DNA from: Sulfolobales archaeon HS-7
GTDB taxonomy: Archaea; Thermoproteota; Thermoprotei_A; Sulfolobales; Sulfolobaceae
Length of the DNA: 64,000 nt
NCBI GenBank assembly: GCA_019704295.1
Contig: AP024596.1
Coordinates: 192,001-256,000, forward strand
Direction: 5' to 3'
Under the pieces are notes generated by a model. The model made no database searches. It saw only the letters and a program-made list of their open reading frames with translations, and had not been told where the DNA came from. The position numbers and the translations under genes are program-made. Shown here piece by piece: positions 61,092 through 64,000 of this stretch (positions within the stretch are counted from its first letter, which is position 1; the number at the start of each line of letters is the position of its first letter).

Positions 61092-62301
61092 AGATAAGAG
61101 ATGAAGAGTAGTTTATCGATATCGGTTAGGTACTGTACGTTTCTGACGGTTTTATTAATAATGACGAAATTTATATTCAACTAACAGAAAATTAGGGATT
61201 TTTTCCTAAACAAGTTCAAGAAATCCCACAGAAAGTTAAGTTAATAACGCGTAAACGACTTAATTATAATTAATGAGTTCAGGCTCTCTTACTGAGAGGC
61301 TAATTGCTGAGATAACGGAGAATCCCGAACTAGCTGATAAGCTGAAAAAGCTCATAGAGAACGTTACATTAACGGAAATATCTAGAGAGCTTAAAATATA
61401 TAGACAGGACATTCAAAGGCTATCTGAGGAACAGACTAGGTTAGCCCAAGAACAGGTAAAGCTCAGGGAGGACTTCCAGAAGTTATCTGAGGAACAGACT
61501 AGGTTAGCCCAAGAACAGGTAAAGCTCAGGGAGGACTTCAACAAACTTTACCAAGAACAGGTAAAGCTTAGGGAGGACTTCCAGAAGTTATCTGAGGAAC
61601 AGACTAGGTTAGCCCAAGAACAGGTAAAGCTTAGGGAGGACTTCCAGAAGTTATCTGAGGAACAGACTAGGTTAGCCCAAGAACAGGTAAAGCTTAGGGA
61701 GGACTTCAACAAACTTTTGAATGAAGTAAAAGAGCTGAAACTCTCCTACAAGAGGCTAGATAAAAAAGTAGATAGAATGTTCGGAGCTATGTTAAAGGGA
61801 TTTACCGACTTATCCCAGTTTGCCGGAATGACTTTCGAAGAATTCGTGAGAAGATTTCTCGAAAATTACCTAAAGGATATGAAAATATTACCAAAAGATA
61901 AATCTTTGACCTCGACTATAATAGAAGGTGAGGAGATTGACGTTTTCAGCGAGGATCCCCCAATAATTGGTGAAGTTACTTCATTTACGCAATCTACTGA
62001 CGAAATTAACAAGATATTAAGGAAGGCTGAGGTATTTAGGAGAAAGTATGGGAAAGAACCGGCAAAGTACCTTATAATTATGACCACGAGGAAAAAAACC
62101 TATAGGGAACTTGAGGAGATGGCTAAGAAGTGGAATATTAACCTAATAGTGGGAAAGATCAGCGGGTAGCGTAAAGTATGGGTCCACAGCTTAACTAACG
62201 TTAATTCCGTTTAAGGAAATTAAAATCTTAGAATTCCTTCGCAATTACATTCTTGAACTCGTTTATGATTTCCTCAAAAAAAATTCACTAATTAAGCCCA
62301 A
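61092..62301 (+). repeat. Copy 2 (1210 bp) of duplicated coiled-coil nuclease unit
   Basis: Inverted, essentially identical to 11411-12557 plus three extra heptads. Confidence 0.95.
61273..62169 (+). CDS. Heptad-repeat coiled-coil protein with C-terminal PD-(D/E)XK nuclease-like domain (14 heptads)
   Basis: Same protein as 11543..12376 with a 21-aa insertion. Confidence 0.8.
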   Translation: MSSGSLTERLIAEITENPELADKLKKLIENVTLTEISRELKIYRQDIQRLSEEQTRLAQEQVKLREDFQKLSEEQTRLAQEQVKLREDFNKLYQEQVKLREDFQKLSEEQTRLAQEQVKLREDFQKLSEEQTRLAQEQVKLREDFNKLLNEVKELKLSYKRLDKKVDRMFGAMLKGFTDLSQFAGMTFEEFVRRFLENYLKDMKILPKDKSLTSTIIEGEEIDVFSEDPPIIGEVTSFTQSTDEINKILRKAEVFRRKYGKEPAKYLIIMTTRKKTYRELEEMAKKWNINLIVGKISG

Positions 62302-62713
62302 ATACTCTTGGTTGATTACGTATATAGGTAAATTAAAAGGTCGCTATATAACTTACTTGTAACCCTTTAGTTATCATTCTTAATAGGTCCTGTGGTACTT
62401 GTATCGCACTATAAAAATTTTGTTTATAAAGCAAATAACATTTATTGCGTAGCAAACAATGCCTTCTTTATTTACCTTCCTCTAAGAGCAAATGTTTATT
62501 TCCGCTACTTTAACGTAAATTTTGCGAGTTCTACTGTCGCTAGCTAGGTTTTATCATGTTTCCAAAGTACATTTTCAGTGAAATTTCAGTAACGTCACTA
62601 TCTGCAAATTCAATGTTAGCTTTTCCCCACTAATCTTTCGACCATCAACTATTATCAAGATAAATAAGCCCCGAGTTATAATCATTAACAACGAATAAAA
62701 TTTTTAATAAAAA

Positions 62714-63847
62714 TTACCTTTTTTCGATAGGGACATATTCCCTTCTCTCAGGTCCTGTATATATAGCTCTGGGCCTTATTAACCTGTGCTGATCCTCCAC
62801 ATATTCCATTATATGAGCTAACCATCCTGTGACTCTTGCTAGTGCGAAAAGTGCGGTAAACATGTCAACTGGAAAACCTATGTACCTGAATACCAGACCA
62901 GAGTAGAAGTCAGTGTTCGGGTAAATTCCTTTTGATGAGAACTGCTTTACTCCTAATTCCTCAAGTTTCTCAGCAACGGTGAGAAGCTTTTTCCCTTCCT
63001 CGTCAGATATCGACTTTTTGGCTATTTCTTTAAATATGAGCATTCTCGGATCGTATGTCTTGTACACTCTGTGACCGAAGCCCATTAATCGCTTTTTACC
63101 CTCCATCACGTTCTTCTTAAACCATTCCTCAACGTTATTTGGGGAACCGATTTGAAGGAATTGATTATAGGCGGCCTCTGCCGCTCCTCCATGAAGTGGA
63201 CCTTTAAGTGCGGCTAGAGCCGCTGTTATAGATGAGTACATATCGGATAATGTAGATGACGCAACTAGAGCAGCAGTCGTAGATGCAGGAACTTCATGAT
63301 CTACGTACAAAATTAAGGCCTTGTTCATTGCATCGATCTTTTCTTTTTCGTTTATATTCCCGAAGCACATGTTCAGGAAGGATTCACTGTAATTCCCTGA
63401 CTTTTCATGAATCGTTGATGGCGGCATGTCTCTCTTTCTTCTGTAAATCTCCGCTACAACTCTCGCCGTACTCCCTACTATCCTTAGTGCTATCTCCTTA
63501 TCCTTCTCCTTCGACCAGGCGAAGTTTTTCTCTGTAGTTGCCATAGCGCCGAATGCCGTTTCCATCATTGCGACTGCGTCAGAATCACTAGACAGAGTTC
63601 TAATCACCTGAATTACGAAATCCGGTACTTTGTAGCCCTCAGCTATGTTTTTCTTAGTTCGCTCAAGTTCATCGTGTCTCGGAAGTTCCCCATAGAACAT
63701 TAGGTGGACTATCTCCTCGTATTCGGCATTATACGCTAGGTCCTTTATATCGTAGCCCCTATATCTGAGTATCCCCTTCTGTCCGTCAATTGAAGTAAGA
63801 GAGGTATACTTTATAGCTACGTCCTCTAAACCGGGTATTACGCTCAT
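62714..63847 (-). CDS. Citrate synthase / 2-methylcitrate synthase
   Basis: GLEDV, LRYRGY, DHE, GPLHGGA, GFGHRVYKTYDPR, NTDFYSG. Confidence 0.92.
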   Translation of the reverse strand: MSVIPGLEDVAIKYTSLTSIDGQKGILRYRGYDIKDLAYNAEYEEIVHLMFYGELPRHDELERTKKNIAEGYKVPDFVIQVIRTLSSDSDAVAMMETAFGAMATTEKNFAWSKEKDKEIALRIVGSTARVVAEIYRRKRDMPPSTIHEKSGNYSESFLNMCFGNINEKEKIDAMNKALILYVDHEVPASTTAALVASSTLSDMYSSITAALAALKGPLHGGAAEAAYNQFLQIGSPNNVEEWFKKNVMEGKKRLMGFGHRVYKTYDPRMLIFKEIAKKSISDEEGKKLLTVAEKLEELGVKQFSSKGIYPNTDFYSGLVFRYIGFPVDMFTALFALARVTGWLAHIMEYVEDQHRLIRPRAIYTGPERREYVPIEKR

Positions 63848-64000
63848 TAGTCAGACCCCGCCCACGATTGTTCGGGAATTGCACTTAATGCTTCAAGAAC
63901 TTTTTCTTCTCCCAGTAAATCCCTTATTGAGATCACGCCCATTATTTCACCTGATCTATTCTTTACTACAACGTGCCTAATGAAGTGATCCTTCATTAAT
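63847..64000 (-). CDS. C-terminal part of a CBS-domain protein, truncated by the window edge
   Basis: ..LMKDHFIRHVVV...GEIMGVISIRDLL..; TAA overlaps the citrate synthase ATG. Confidence 0.75.
   Translation of the reverse strand, partial: LMKDHFIRHVVVKNRSGEIMGVISIRDLLGEEKVLEALSAIPEQSWAGSD

Noticed and set aside
61426-61720. Periodic repeats as a CRISPR array
   Set aside because: They are in-frame 21-bp coding units with no unique spacers and no cas genes
995-63537. Numerous short antisense or nested ORFs in the track (e.g. 12884, 25896, 45326, 46861, 58070)
   Set aside because: Shadows of well-supported genes with no motifs

Overview
A 64-kb chromosomal segment from a thermoacidophilic crenarchaeon, almost certainly Sulfolobaceae (judged from gene content, short or leaderless TATA promoters, an ISC1904-like IS607 and SM4-like MITEs). 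Core content, left to right: an aromatic (4-hydroxyphenylacetate/homoprotocatechuate) catabolic operon; a tusA-sqr-dsrE-DUF1641 sulfur module; a rubrerythrin/Fe-S oxidoreductase/DUF3501 cluster; a BtuCDF/FecCD-type ABC transporter; M1 and M20 peptidases; a FoxA/FoxB-like heme-copper oxidase mini-cluster; a TPR Ser/Thr kinase; and an acyl-CoA synthetase/methylcitrate-cycle cluster. The accessory DNA is the more interesting part. (1) A coiled-coil + PD-(D/E)XK nuclease gene unit occurs twice, inverted and ~49 kb apart. The copies are essentially identical apart from a 63-bp (three-heptad) length difference, and the gene is bracketed by its own imperfect inverted repeats. (2) Eleven full or half copies of a ~160-bp MITE are present; one keeps a perfect 8-bp TSD and several pairs bracket single accessory genes. 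(3) A perfect 197-bp inverted duplication encloses one MITE-bounded gene. (4) There is a decayed IS607 plus an orphan right-end/omegaRNA remnant. (5) Two toxin-antitoxin loci each appear to have the toxin silenced by a single base change. (6) Several palindromic operators are visible. No rRNA, tRNA or CRISPR array was recognised. All family assignments are by motif recognition, not database search.
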